The translations under genes and the position numbers were made by a program. The notes beneath the pieces are model-generated. The model saw only the letters and a program-made list of their open reading frames with translations. It was not told the DNA's origin and made no database searches. Source: Basidiobolus meristosporus CBS 931.73 (lineage: Eukaryota; Fungi; Basidiobolomycota). From it: a stretch of DNA of 64,000 nucleotides. The first letter of the stretch is position 1. The number at the start of each line of letters is the position of its first letter. Where the stretch lies: the NCBI GenBank assembly GCA_002104905.1, contig MCFE01000094.1:62001-126000 (forward strand). Reading direction: 5' to 3'. Of this stretch, positions 36,802 through 49,113 are shown in pieces.

Positions 36802-38575
36802 ATACTTACTATTGCAGCCAAATATGAATTATTATTCATCAAATGGATGCCAAAGCTGCATTTTTGAATGGTGTACTTGGTAAGGACATGTACATGGACC
36901 AGCCTGATGGGTTTGTATACTATGGTAGCCCCTATTTAGCATGCAAGCTTAAAAAATCACCTTATGGTCATGGACAATCACCAAGAACCTGGAATTGCAA
37001 GTAAAATTTTTATTTAGAATCATTGAGTTTCCAAAGAAGTACTGCTGATTATAGTGTATACTATAGCTCAGATAGAGTAGGTTCAGTCCTATTAGCTCTA
37101 CAGGAAGATGATCTTATTATAGCAACCAATAACCAAGAAACATTGGACAAGACTAAATCCAGCTCATTTAAGGAGTTCAAGATATCCAAGCAATTAGAAC
37201 TCAGTTACTACTTGGGGACAGAGTTCTTCATGGACAGGGGTAGCCAAACTACCCCCCTAAGCCAGTCCTGGTACATTCAAGATATCCTTAAGATGTACCA
37301 AATGGAATACTGTAGCAGTTATCCCAATGGAGACAAACCTTAACTTGGTCAATATGTAACTGAATCCAGAGTGCTTGGCACCCTGTGAGAGCCCAGACTT
37401 TCCGTATCAATATATGGCTGGCAGTCTGATATATATCATGCTCAGAACATATCCAGACAGTGCATATTTGGTGGGAGTTGTCAGCCAGCATAATCAGACC
37501 TATAGATCTGATCATATTGCAGCAGTTAAGCATATTTTTAGATACATAAAAGGCATTTGAATATTCTGAGGAGTATTTGAAGTGATGTGGAGAACTAGTA
37601 AATATGCTAATTATTCACTTGCAGATTAATTGACCAAAAGTATGGTATTTATACATTTGATAAAGTAAGACAAGCATAAATATATAGCTTGCTAACAAAG
37701 GTCCCAAGAATATGTGTAAAAGGCTTGGGGTCTTTTAGGCAGCTTTGAGAAAGGTTAAAGTCTGGATACCTGATGATTTGGGGAAAATATTCCAAGGAAA
37801 TCCTTACAAGAGATTTGGTCAGGACAGTATACTAATCACTGAGTATGATCCATGTGACTAAGTTAGCATGAATATTTAGGTGACAATTTAATAATTACAA
37901 CAGAAGGAATTTCTAATATCTGCTCAACATGCACCCATAAATATTCAGAACACAATTGCCTAGAATACTCTGATGCAGGTTCAGAACAAAATTAAGAAGA
38001 CAGAAGTTCTACCACAGTATATACCATTCTTAACTGTAGAGGAGCAATTTTATAGAATTCAAGGAAGCAACCAGCTGTAGCACTCTCCATCACAGAAGCA
38101 GAATATATGGCAGCTTGTGAGGCTAAAAAAGAAGCAATGCTGTAGACAAACATGCTTCAAGACTTAGGCTTATGTAACAAAGCCCATGTCACAGTATTTC
38201 AGGCTAATGAAGCATGTATACAGTTAGGTAGAAGTACCACTTTTCTTGTTGGAACTAAGCATATATATATTAGATATCAATTCATATGTGAAGCTATGGA
38301 GAATACCTTAGTTAACTTAGCTTACTAGCCAAGATATAAAATGATTGCAGACATATTCACCAAACCATTAGCTAGAGACAAATATGAATATCTCAGCTCA
38401 CAATTGGGATTAGTCAATATGTATGTTTATTTGATTGAGAGTGTTGCAAGAGTTTGTAATTCCACATAAATATTCACCTTATTTAATTGCTTAGATTATC
38501 ACCTACAAATCTTGGAGAATTCTGACCAGATTCCTTGTTGGGGTTTAGTTAGAATAGTTTCACCAAAACAATCAC
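36802..38575 (+). mobile_element. Old copia host element, part 3 (RT, RNase H, PPT, truncated 3' LTR from 38442)
   Basis: HQMDAKAAFLNG, LQEDDL, ITEAEYMAA, MIADIFTKPLARDKYEYL; PPT TTGATTGAGAG, then TGTTGCAAGAGTTTGTAATTCCAC at 38442. Confidence 0.87.
37555..37902 (-). repeat. Old, diverged solo copia LTR inserted antisense at the RT/RNase H junction
   Basis: GAAGTGATG.GGAGAAC, GTCCCAAGAATATGTGT and AATATTTAGGTG..TTACAACA landmarks; left end approximate. Confidence 0.7.
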
Positions 38576-38599
38576 TTTTGGAGAAGTTGGAATTCAGCC

Positions 38600-39430
38600 A
38601 AAAATATGATGGTATTGTGCTGGCCTTTTTTTTGATAATTTTTCTTAGGTCAAATGCCAAAATACTGCCCTGAAAGCAGTCAAGTCTTGAGACAAAAAGT
38701 ATGAAATGCACATTCTTGGGGTACTGCAATGAGAGCATGGCATAAAGACTACGCAATGCTAAAGCAAGGAAAATGAGCAAGTTATGGGATGTTCAAATGA
38801 TTAAATTCCAAGCTTTCTTAGAAAACTAAATCAGTTTATGACAAAAATCCTATCCTAAGCCCACCAAAAGCCAAAACTTAGACAGAGTAACACAATCAAT
38901 ATCTTCTCACTTTAGCAGACTCTACAACTGTGGCTCAGCCTGAGTCAGTTCCTAGCAAAATCCCAGAAATATTCATTTTTGTATCATAAAGTAGAAGATC
39001 CAACTGGATTAGCCCATATTACCTTCTCAATAAGGGTACAAGATCAGTCTAGGCATATTCTGACTATGCTGATGAGCCTCAGACAGTAAAGAGGCCCTAG
39101 ATTGCCCTTAGAAAAAGTTCTGGAGATCTGCTACAACTGGGGAATATCAAGTCCTCATCAAAAATCAAATAAGAAACTAAGTCAAGTTACCTATCTACCA
39201 CAAATCAATTGGATGCAGGTGAGTCTTATGGGCCAGCATGATAGGTTTCTTGACCAAAATATCCCACATTTGATTTACAAGTGCAAAGAATCTTTGTACA
39301 ATCTGATGCAATCATTAAGAGCCTTAAATTGCAAGATAGGCTGCTATTGGAAATCCCTGCATTTCAAAAGAAGTATTGCTCACTAGAGTGTATAGTATAA
39401 GCCATATGGAGCAAATCCTGTCAATATCTC
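38600..39430 (+). mobile_element. Further copia integrase/RT fragment
   Basis: KCTFLGYCNES..AYRL-like segment, then RT remnants (QSLRALNCKIG..SLHFKRS). Confidence 0.7.
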
Positions 39431-41530
39431 CAAAGCTCTTACTGCAGATTTCATAGAATATGCATTAATTGAATTATAAAGAGCATGCAATGCTTGAAAT
39501 ATTGTGATAGCTAGTGGCTTTTCTTTGGGAAAGCACCAGAGAGCTGTGTCAGGTTTGGGTCTTTGAAGAAACACAAAATTTTGGAGATTTCCAGGATTTT
39601 TCCACTGTAAGGAGTTGGTGGATATCAGCAAACCCATCCCTGAGGTAATATTGAAGATTCCAACAATTAGCCAAGTGGAGCTTTATACCATGAGGATGAT
39701 TTCGGTGCAAGACTAGCAAATTGCAAGACCTACCACAATATGGCAGTGGGCGAAGCATGTTACAAATAGCTAGTGCATCAAACATTTCTTGGTTATTTTC
39801 GGATTACAGATCCTCATTTATTACCTAAGAAAATCAAATCTAAACTTCTCGTAATAATATTTCGATATCTGGCGGATGATATTCAAAGTATTTGTTTACA
39901 AGGCCTGGTATAGGTATGAAACTTAGTTTCGATCCAAAACTTAATCTACTAATAAGCGTCTCGCACTTCAATAATTCCAAATCACAAAGTTTCCAATACC
40001 AGCTTCTTCAACAATTAGGTATCCCAGAAATTTGACAAACTCTAGTGGTGCGAATGGCATATTCCGGGTAGTCAGCACCTTTACGATAAACAACTATTTT
40101 GCCACCGAGAAATTTAATGAGGGGATTTTGTGATGTATGTTTTCAGTGATAATCACCACTATGTAAAGGCTCCATACATTCTGGTTTGGGAATTGCGTGA
40201 TCAGGAATGCTCGTGTTGATTTCTTTGGTGTCAGTATTTTTCGGAGTTTGGCACTAGAGCGGGCGTACTGAGAAGGGCACTTTCGAATCGACAGAATGGT
40301 ATGAGCAGAGCCTCAAGCAAATAAGGAGACAGTGCTGAGGGAACTAATGCAGGCATTATCGGGATATGTAAATTCTTATAATTCTGCTTACTCCGAATTC
40401 CAATGCCACCAGTGGGGAAGAATTTCTGGCCATTCACTACAACACCCATCTCGAACACTCACATTGTTGATGAGAAACAACAAAATATCTGTGCTGTGAA
40501 GGGCAAGAGCTGGTAGGGTTGGGGATCTCACGGATTAAAAGTGTTCCAATAAAATCAGCATTTGGCTTAGTACGCAAACATGCTATGCATGTACATATAT
40601 GTATTATGGTTAGCTTTATTAACTGCGGTAGTATGCACGGTTTGAACAGCTTCAAGAGTTAGGTCTGTGATACTTTTGGATGATCAAATTGATTATAAAT
40701 CCGCCTGCCCATGGAAACTGATACCTAATACTGGTGGTTAAACCGGTGATCGTGGTGCAGAAATAATGAGCTATAGCAAATACAATACAGATTTCTACCT
40801 TCATCAGAAGGTCCCCATATGCTCTGGCAATCCGAATGATTCGATAATTTACGAGCTTACGAGCGATAAACTGGGCTTGACTGATAACTAATCTCATAAA
40901 ACTCGACTATTAGCCCTTAGTACTACTACCAACTATTCGCATAACACTAGTTTACTAAATATCAGCCAAAGCTAGATACGTTGTATTTAATTAGTATCAG
41001 CTCCATTCAGTAGATCGCTTGTTCTAGTATGCGTCTAGCACTAGATTCTTTCGCATACTGACAGAGTGAACCGTAAGCCAGGAAATTTCCATAACTGGTA
41101 TTCATTCCCCTGGAGAATCATTGCGAATGTGTGAATCTATGTTTCAATCCCCAGGCTGATCGATGAATATGGCCTCATCAAGCTACCTGTTGGTGCGAAT
41201 TCGAAATCACATGTGTGCCATACTGTATCCGAAGAGATATGATTCTCCAACCTCCCTTACAAATGGCTGCTGGGCTCTTGGATCACTTGCTTCTGCATCC
41301 AGACCAAGGTGTGTGGAAACCATCAACCAGTTGGGAATGCACAGCGGCAGTGAGAGAGTGGGTGTCTCATAAATCAAATGGAAATACTGTTATCGTGTTT
41401 ATATCAATATTAGTACGGAACCTGTTGCGAAGGTTTCCAATTTTGGTAGTGACCAAAAGAAAACCAATACACGTGTGATATTTTTTCACCCCAAATTGGA
41501 CAAATTAGGAATTCTCTGTGACAACCAACA

Positions 41531-41539
41531 ATGAGTCAT
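41531..41539. promoter_or_regulatory. Perfect Gcn4/CpcA response element ATGAGTCAT; TATAAAA at 41650-41656
   Basis: Optimal palindromic ATGA(C/G)TCAT site 179 bp upstream of the ARG4 start codon. Confidence 0.65.
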
Positions 41540-41717
41540 TGAAATTAAGCATGCAGATAATCTGATATTCTGTTGTGGCTTCAACAAATTTATCTCAAGT
41601 ACTGATATGGGGCATTGGTCATATTGTATCATGCATGCCTCGACCGTGGTATAAAACGAGTGTCGAGCCACATTCTAAATCAATATTACTTACTGCATCT
41701 CTCTCAACTAAAATATC

Positions 41718-43091
41718 ATGTCTAAACTCTGGGGAGGTCGATTCTCTGGCGCTACCGATCCATTAATGGAGAAGTTTAACGCTTCGATTCACTTCGATAA
41801 GCTCATGTACGCTGCCGATATTCAGGGCTCACAAGCCTACGCCAAGGCTCTGGCGTTAACTGGAATTATTACCCAAGAAGAAAGCGAGCAACTTGTGCAG
41901 GGACTTGCCCAGGTTCGCAAAGAATGGGAAGATGGAACATTTGCAATTCAAGCAGGTGACGAAGACATCCATACAGCTAATGAGCGTCGTCTCGGCGAAA
42001 TTGTTGGATCAGTTGCTGGTAAGCTACATACCGGAAGAAGTAGAAACGATCAAGTTGCTACAGATATGCGACTATGGCTCCGTGAGGAGGCAAGGGCCCT
42101 GTTGCAGCATCTGAAAGAGCTTATCCAAGTTGCAGTTGAAAGAGCCGTGAGCGATATTGATGTAGTGATGCCGGGATACACTCATTTGCAAAGAGCGCAA
42201 CCCATCCGCTGGAGCCATTGGATTATGAGCTATGCCTGGGGCTGGCACGCTGATGCCCAAAGATTGGAGCAGCTTATTGAGCGCATTAACCTACTTCCTT
42301 TGGGAAGCGGTGCTTTGGCTGGTAACCCCTTCAACGTTGACCGTGAATTCCTCGCCAAGGAACTTGGATTTGCCGGTGTGATCCCTAACAGTCTGTACGG
42401 TGTTAGTGATCGTGATTTCGTCGCCGAGTTTCTCTTCTGGGCTAGCATGACCATGATTCATATCAGTCGATTTGCCGAGGATTTGATCATTTACAGCTCC
42501 GGTGAATTCGGTTTCGTTACCCTGGCAGATGCCTACAGTACCGGCAGCAGTCTCATGCCACAGAAGAAGAACCCTGATAGTTTAGAGCTTCTCCGTGGAA
42601 AGTCTGGCAGAGTATTCGGGCAAATGTCCGGATTCCTGATGACTGTCAAAGGTCTTCCAAGTACCTATAACAAAGATCTTCAGGAAGATAAGGAGCCCAT
42701 GTTTGATGCTGTTGAAACCCTTGGAGGATCCCTGCAAATTACCTCTGCTGTCCTAGCTACACTTAAGATTCATCCACAAAAGATGGCCGCTAGCTTAAGC
42801 AATGATATGTTGGCTACAGACGTTGCTGAGTATCTTGTTCGTAAAGGAGTTCCTTTCAGAGAAACCCATCATATTGCGGGTGCCGCTGTCCGTCTCAGTG
42901 AAGAGCGTGGTGTTCCTATGAGCCAACTTACGGTTGCTGACTATCAAACGCTACATCCTTCATTCTCTGACGATGTAGCATCTGTCTGGAACTATGAGCA
43001 AAGTATTGAAAATAGAAGTTCCATTGGTGGAACTAGCAAGAGCCGAGTATTAGAGCAAGCTGCCAGTCTGAAAAAGTGGCTTGATCTTTAA
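41718..43091 (+). CDS. ARG4: Argininosuccinate lyase, 457 aa, intronless
   Basis: KLWGGRF, LHTGRSRNDQ, PGYTHLQRAQP, signature STGSSLMPQKKNPDSLEL, KGLPSTYNKDLQEDKE, LVRKGVPFRETHH. Confidence 0.98.
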   Translation: MSKLWGGRFSGATDPLMEKFNASIHFDKLMYAADIQGSQAYAKALALTGIITQEESEQLVQGLAQVRKEWEDGTFAIQAGDEDIHTANERRLGEIVGSVAGKLHTGRSRNDQVATDMRLWLREEARALLQHLKELIQVAVERAVSDIDVVMPGYTHLQRAQPIRWSHWIMSYAWGWHADAQRLEQLIERINLLPLGSGALAGNPFNVDREFLAKELGFAGVIPNSLYGVSDRDFVAEFLFWASMTMIHISRFAEDLIIYSSGEFGFVTLADAYSTGSSLMPQKKNPDSLELLRGKSGRVFGQMSGFLMTVKGLPSTYNKDLQEDKEPMFDAVETLGGSLQITSAVLATLKIHPQKMAASLSNDMLATDVAEYLVRKGVPFRETHHIAGAAVRLSEERGVPMSQLTVADYQTLHPSFSDDVASVWNYEQSIENRSSIGGTSKSRVLEQAASLKKWLDL

Positions 43092-45698
43092 ACGTTGTGG
43101 ATGCCATCCATTCAACATGTACTTATAGAGAGCAACTATGGAAGCTGTTTAATTCAGTAAATGGGATTCGTCATCAATCACATGATATTCGGGTATCTTC
43201 ACAATAAATCTCATTTAATGTTAACTAGTATATTGAGGGCAAAGCTACTTTGTGTTGATTTTTGATCCAGGCGGATGTGAAGGTTGTATTCGGTGGCGAA
43301 ATTTCAGTGTACTGGTAAGGGAGGTAGTGATCTCCAGCATGATGCATGACCATCTTCAGAATAAGAACACGAAAAGTCCATTAAATTGCATCGTTATGAT
43401 ACAAGAGTTAGATGGCGAAGCAAACTATACTTGTCACAGCTTTCCTGTCGGGTGATATTCGGATAAATTATTGGCTCAAAATATAGCCCATTTCCCAACG
43501 GCAACAAATTCCGAGGCTGTCACTAGGTGTTTGGTTGCAGAGATTAGAGAGAACAATCTGATCATGTTTACATACTTTTTGCATCACCAGCTCTCTATAT
43601 CCTGTGTCAATATGCGATACCACCAGTGGAATTGATGAGGTTGGGTCGTACAGGGATGTTTCCGGGCGAGTTTAGGAATGTCCGTTGAGTCTGCTGTGAT
43701 TTGCGAGTACACAAATAGGGACATGGGGAGTGCATACAATGACTGGGGAATACTGAGATAATTGAGTGATGCCGATATTTGAGCGGTGTTGCTGGACGGT
43801 CAACATCTACTTGTCAGACATTTCTGAACTAATCCTACACATATGGCTTAACCGATGCATCCCAACGAACAACTCCATGGGAGGGGGGTCTTCCATCCAC
43901 AGAACCCAAGAGTTCATCTTGCCGATATCGGAAACCATCTTGTACGAGGGATTTGAAACCAAGGGGGATTTATGCATGTATTAGCTGAGATATCCATCTC
44001 TCTAACTGGTTCGAAGTATCTCAAGAGTCTCAGGATCGTTGCTTCCAGCAGAGAGGCATCCACTCATGCAGCAACCCATAAAGGGGTATGCTCATTGCTG
44101 AGCCATTCATTAGTATCAATATGTGATGGTGCTAGCAGCATGAGAATTCCTGGTTCTAGGAGGGTGGACACATCTCTGCTCTCTGAAACATGGGTAATAT
44201 CATTAACTCTTTATGGTAGACATGTTTTCGAACTGGTCGAATACCATTTCGTCATTATGATCACTGATTGATGAATATTTTAACTATAGCTCACCAATAT
44301 TGCTTGGTGGCCTTGGTCGCCCCTACTCATGCGAATCATGTCACTTCATGCAGAACAGAGGCGATTCGTGACAATTTCACGCCACGTATGCTGATCGGTG
44401 GCTTGGATATTTTAGATCTGAACATTCCACCAGATGCCCTGCCATGGTGATTTTGGGCAAGCAGGATGGAGAGTCGTGCGTTAAGTGACAAACCCTCAGG
44501 GGCAGCATCGTTGGCGAGTAGTCGCAGCGGTAAGGTCACTGGGTTTCAAGGCGCACCTTATTAAAATCGCTGGCTTCGGGGCGATGATTCACTTGTGCAA
44601 TCGACATTCATAGCATTGAGTAATTTGAGGGCTATGACATACGGTCTTTCAAATAAATGGCATGACGTAGCATTGGGCGGCATCCAATTGCCTCGATGAA
44701 TGGCATATCACTGATCTGAAGCATCTCAAAGACCAACTGTCACCGGAATGATCCGATGGCTCTCTATCACTTCTATTTTTGAGTCAGCGCCGCTTGTAAT
44801 TTAACAAACTTGATTAAATTAGCCCCGGGCAAAAATAAGGTTTGTTTGCGGTTGTTTTGAATGTCGTTATCGCGCTTGAGGGACTCCTTATCTATTGGCA
44901 TGTTGATTGGGATGTTTCATTGCAGCAAGAGGTATCAGTCGATGCTCAAGAGTTGAGTAGCCCAGGTGGTTTTGACACCTTGATGTTGGGTTTGATTAAG
45001 TGTAGTTTATACGATAAACATCATTACTTCGGAACATAATTGGAGTGGATTTGATTGGAGTGACTGGCTCAGTATTCCCCGTGATTCAGTCATAGATTAA
45101 GCATTGAAATTGCAAGTTCACGTGGGGTAGTCAGGCGGAATCACTTGGCTAGGTAACCCAAGTGATTGCGAGGAGGTAGTACTTTGGTCCACACTATGGT
45201 GGTTGAAATAAATATGCAATTGGGTCTGGTGGTTACATAAGAGGTGAGTGAAAGGGTCAGATATTATAAATACTTCAAATTGATTCGTGGAAAAGAGGTG
45301 GATAATTTCGGGAGCTGCAGTCTTATCTACCTTGACGGTCACACTCTTCTCCATTACAAATAACTCCGCCTTTCCTTGCAATTCATCATTTTAACCCTAA
45401 CTAAGACTTTCCCCAGCCTGGAAACCCTGTTTTATACGCAATATTTTAATCCTACACAACTGTGACTCGTACCCACCTACACTTCTCATTTCCTTCATTT
45501 TCAACCACCAGTCAAGCCGAACACCCAGAAATAAACCAGTCCCAACTTTTCAAATTGGCTTCCCAGACTTCTACCAGAGCAACCAAGAATAAGGAGAATG
45601 GTATAGGCTCGAAGGATAAAACCAGTGGTCAACTCTCACAAACAACTGCAGCGAAGATCGAACACTCCTCACTTAATGAACGCAAAGAAAACAACCAT

Positions 45699-48600
45699 AT
45701 GACTGGACCAAGTAATTCCGCCAAACCGCAAAAGCCGTCGGCTGTAAAAACTACTCCGGCTATGGGCATGAAGGCAGAGCCCAAGTATTTCAGGCATGTT
45801 GATAGAATGCTCGTATTTTTTTGCTCAGTCTTCTAGCGTACTCATACGTCTTGATACGATACCCTTTAGAGAGAGCAACTCTTTGCACAGCATCAGCTCA
45901 GTACTCCATGGAATTTCAACCTATGTTGCATACAGTCTACCGGAATCACTTTCTCGTGTTAAAAGGTCCTCTCTAAAATCGGAGTCGCCCTTTGGCATGC
46001 ACAGAAATTCTCCAGGAGAAGGTGGTGTTCCACCCCCGGAGCGTAGAAAATCCGTGACATATGCTTCGTTCCAATGGATTTCCGGATATTTTGAATATGA
46101 AGAGGTGGAGCATTATCAAAAGTAGGTACCAACTGTCGTCCAATGAAAAATTGCCGTTTCTAACCTCCTCGCTGTGTCCCTCAGAAAATTATGTTTACTC
46201 CTAGGCTACAATGATGGCTTTCAGATATGGGACCTGACCGATAGAGATAATATCTACGAAATTATCTCGTTCCGGGATGAGCTGGAGACCATATGCATCA
46301 AGGTAGGCAGGTGGTCTGCCTTGGGTCGAGTTCAAGTTGCTCATGAAGTTTTCCCCTTAGGCCATGCCTGACCCCAGGGTGTCAGATGAAGCGAAGGCAG
46401 ACAAGTTTCAGGAGCACAGAGCGTTGATTGCCTATGTGTAAGTCAACCCTGGCTTATCTCCGAACGCATCTGATATTCAAAGAACTAATTTCGTATACGC
46501 TCAGGACGGAAAAAAGATCCTCCACTGGCGATGAGGAGCAAGCAGGCACCATCCTGAATTTTTATTCATTGAGGACTCATGAGCACGTCAAGACCATACA
46601 TTATGACACTGAGGAAATCACAGACGTCAAAGTGAACGAAAGGGCCGTCGTTGTGGTAAGAATTATCAGGATTCATTCCGTGCTGACCACATTGTTCATT
46701 TATTATGCAGTTGTTGAGGTACACGGGCATCGATATATATTCCCCGCTCACCTTGGAGAAAATAGCTCGATATACAGACATATACTGCCACCCTTTCACG
46801 GGCATGCCAATAGTGGCTTTGGGGGATCGGCTGATCGCTTACGGCACCTCTACCCCTCCTCCATTAAGCACCAGGAACTCACCCACCAACAACCATTCAA
46901 ATAATTTCAATGTGGAACGCGTAGCCAAAGAAATGATGAATGGCGTGAAAACCATCGGTAAGCATGGATTGACCAGTCGAGCTTGATGTAGAAGCAATAC
47001 TTATTGTTGTGAACACTTTAGGTGGTTACGGCTATAAGACTCTATCCAACTATCTAGCGGTTTCACCACCTTCGCAGGGTGTGTTTGCTAGATACTCTAG
47101 CTCTCCAAAATCACAGATCTCGAGTAGCCCTTCTTCCGGCTCCTTCACGACAGAAAACAAACTTCCAGACAAGACTCTACCTGAGGGAATGGTATGATTA
47201 ATAGTGGAATCTACCATCGATTTTGTAAGAGCCACCTTTTGACATTATACCCCTAGGTGATTGTGCGTGATTTACTCTCGGTGATGAACCAGAAGTCCGC
47301 CAACCAAGGACAGAAACAAGACCTGCCGATTGCCCATTTCCAAGCGCATCATCATGCTGTTGCCGCATTAGCATTCAGTTCGAGCGGCTCATTACTGGTT
47401 ACTGCATCCACCCAGGGCACAAGTTTCCAAATTTTTGGAGTCACCGGTGTATCTGGAGACGGATCTTTAGGCTCCGTGAAGCATCTTTACAAGCTTGCCC
47501 GAGGGTATACCTCAGCGCATGTCGAGAATATCGTGTTCAGTCCCGATTCGAAGTGGTTGGCAGTGAGCACTGGGCGTGGAACAACCCATATCTATGCAAT
47601 TAACCCCTACGGCGGCCCACCGAATGTATCATCTCATATTCGGCACCGCGTAGAGAATGAGCGGGGCCGATCTAACGGTCCTGTCGAAGACTCGCCACAT
47701 GTCTCGCTGTCCTCAATCGTGCGTATCAAACAAAAGAACTCTGGCGTTATGGATCTTGAAATCCCGGAAAACGATGGTTTGGTTGATGGATCGCCTGGTG
47801 CACATTCGCACTCCTCCACCGAATCCCTGCACCAACAACAGATCCACACATCCCCTATAGCGTTTTTCATCGACTCGAACGAGTCCATGTCGCCCACCAC
47901 CCGCAGGGGAAGTGAAAGCATGCCTAGTGGCCATCAGAACATTCTGACATTCAACATGAATGGCACCTTAACTCTCCACCGATTGGATATTACAAGCATT
48001 CCATTGAGAAAAAAGAAGCACGGTTGGTACATATCCCATTGATTTCGCGTGACTGACAGCTGATCCTGGTTGATATGTCCAGGTGTTATAGTTAACACGT
48101 TTGAGCTAAGTGTGTCTGGTGAGGATGTAGCTGAATGGAATCTTTGTAGAGGCGTGGATTGGCCTTCAATAACCAACGTAGTGAAGGTAGGCTATTGATG
48201 TAGCAATATAAGGAGAATCGGGGTTCACTCACTCGTATATGCAGAGTGAAAAAGCCAAAGAAGCGAACCAGAAGAAATGGCTGGCACAGTCAGAAATCTC
48301 GACGTATCATGTTTATGAAACACCGCTGTGGGGTACTAACCAGTTTGCACTGCAAACGTTCGACTTGGAAAGCTTCAAGACTCACTCTTTCGATCAGTTG
48401 TATCCCAAGGCTAGGGATATCGAATTTCGGAAGGACATGCCAGTGCCTTATGGAGTGTAAGTGGTTTGGCGGCTATACAGCAAGGTTGCGTTCTAACGTC
48501 GGCGACCTCTAAATTAGGTATATTCCCATGAGATCCGAAGACCATGAATTTTCCTCCGACAACGAACTTGAAGGTAGGCCTCGAACGAGTAGTCGCCCAC

Positions 48601-49113
48601 TTGACACATCCTAACCTCTTTGACTACAGGTGATCTGTCTAACGCCATCGACTCCAGTCTGGCCTCACTCCCATTAGTCGCCAACAAATCAAACGAGATC
48701 GAAATCCCGAACTCCGGCCGTAGTAAAGCAGGTTTGTGAGACCATAAAACCGAATCTCGTCAACCTAGATTTCCTTATATCCATTCTTAGAAGAGTTGTC
48801 GTTTGACGACCTAAATTTCATCGAAATTGAGGATATGCACACCACTTCCAGCAACTGTCATGGGCCACCCACGATTCAATCCTCCGTCGAGGATCTAGAA
48901 TTCCTCGGCTATCTAAACGACGAAAGCGGGGAAAGGAACATGCTGGACGAAGAAATCCTCGACGAGGAAGGGGATAAGTACCCTGCTGACTCATTGCTCT
49001 TCATGAGGCCGGTGGAGCTGGAGGAAACGATCGAGGAGAGAGAAGCACCGATGATCCACCCTAACGATAAAACCAAGAAGAGCAAGAATAAGAGCAAAAA
49101 AGGGAAGAAATAG
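45699..49113 (+). CDS. BCAS3: BCAS3-like WD40/beta-propeller autophagy-associated protein; multi-exon (approx. 45699-45793, 45870-46121, 46185-46302, 46361-46437, 46505-46655, 46711-46957, 47022-47191, 47257-48022, 48083-48186, 48245-48456, 48518-48573, 48630-48731, 48791-49113)
   Basis: LLLGYNDGFQIWD; AHFQAHHHAVAALAFSSSGSLLVTAS..G..F; HLYKLARGYT.A; DSKWLAVSTGRGTTHIYAINPYGG; EDVAEWN..R..DWP; KKWLAQSEISTY. Introns keep the frame; the exact start codon is uncertain. Confidence 0.82.

Noticed and set aside
40231-40897. Chain of three minus-strand ORFs (e.g. VVVNGQKFFPTG, glycoside-hydrolase-like)
   Set aside because: Could not build a consistent spliced model or find a second motif.
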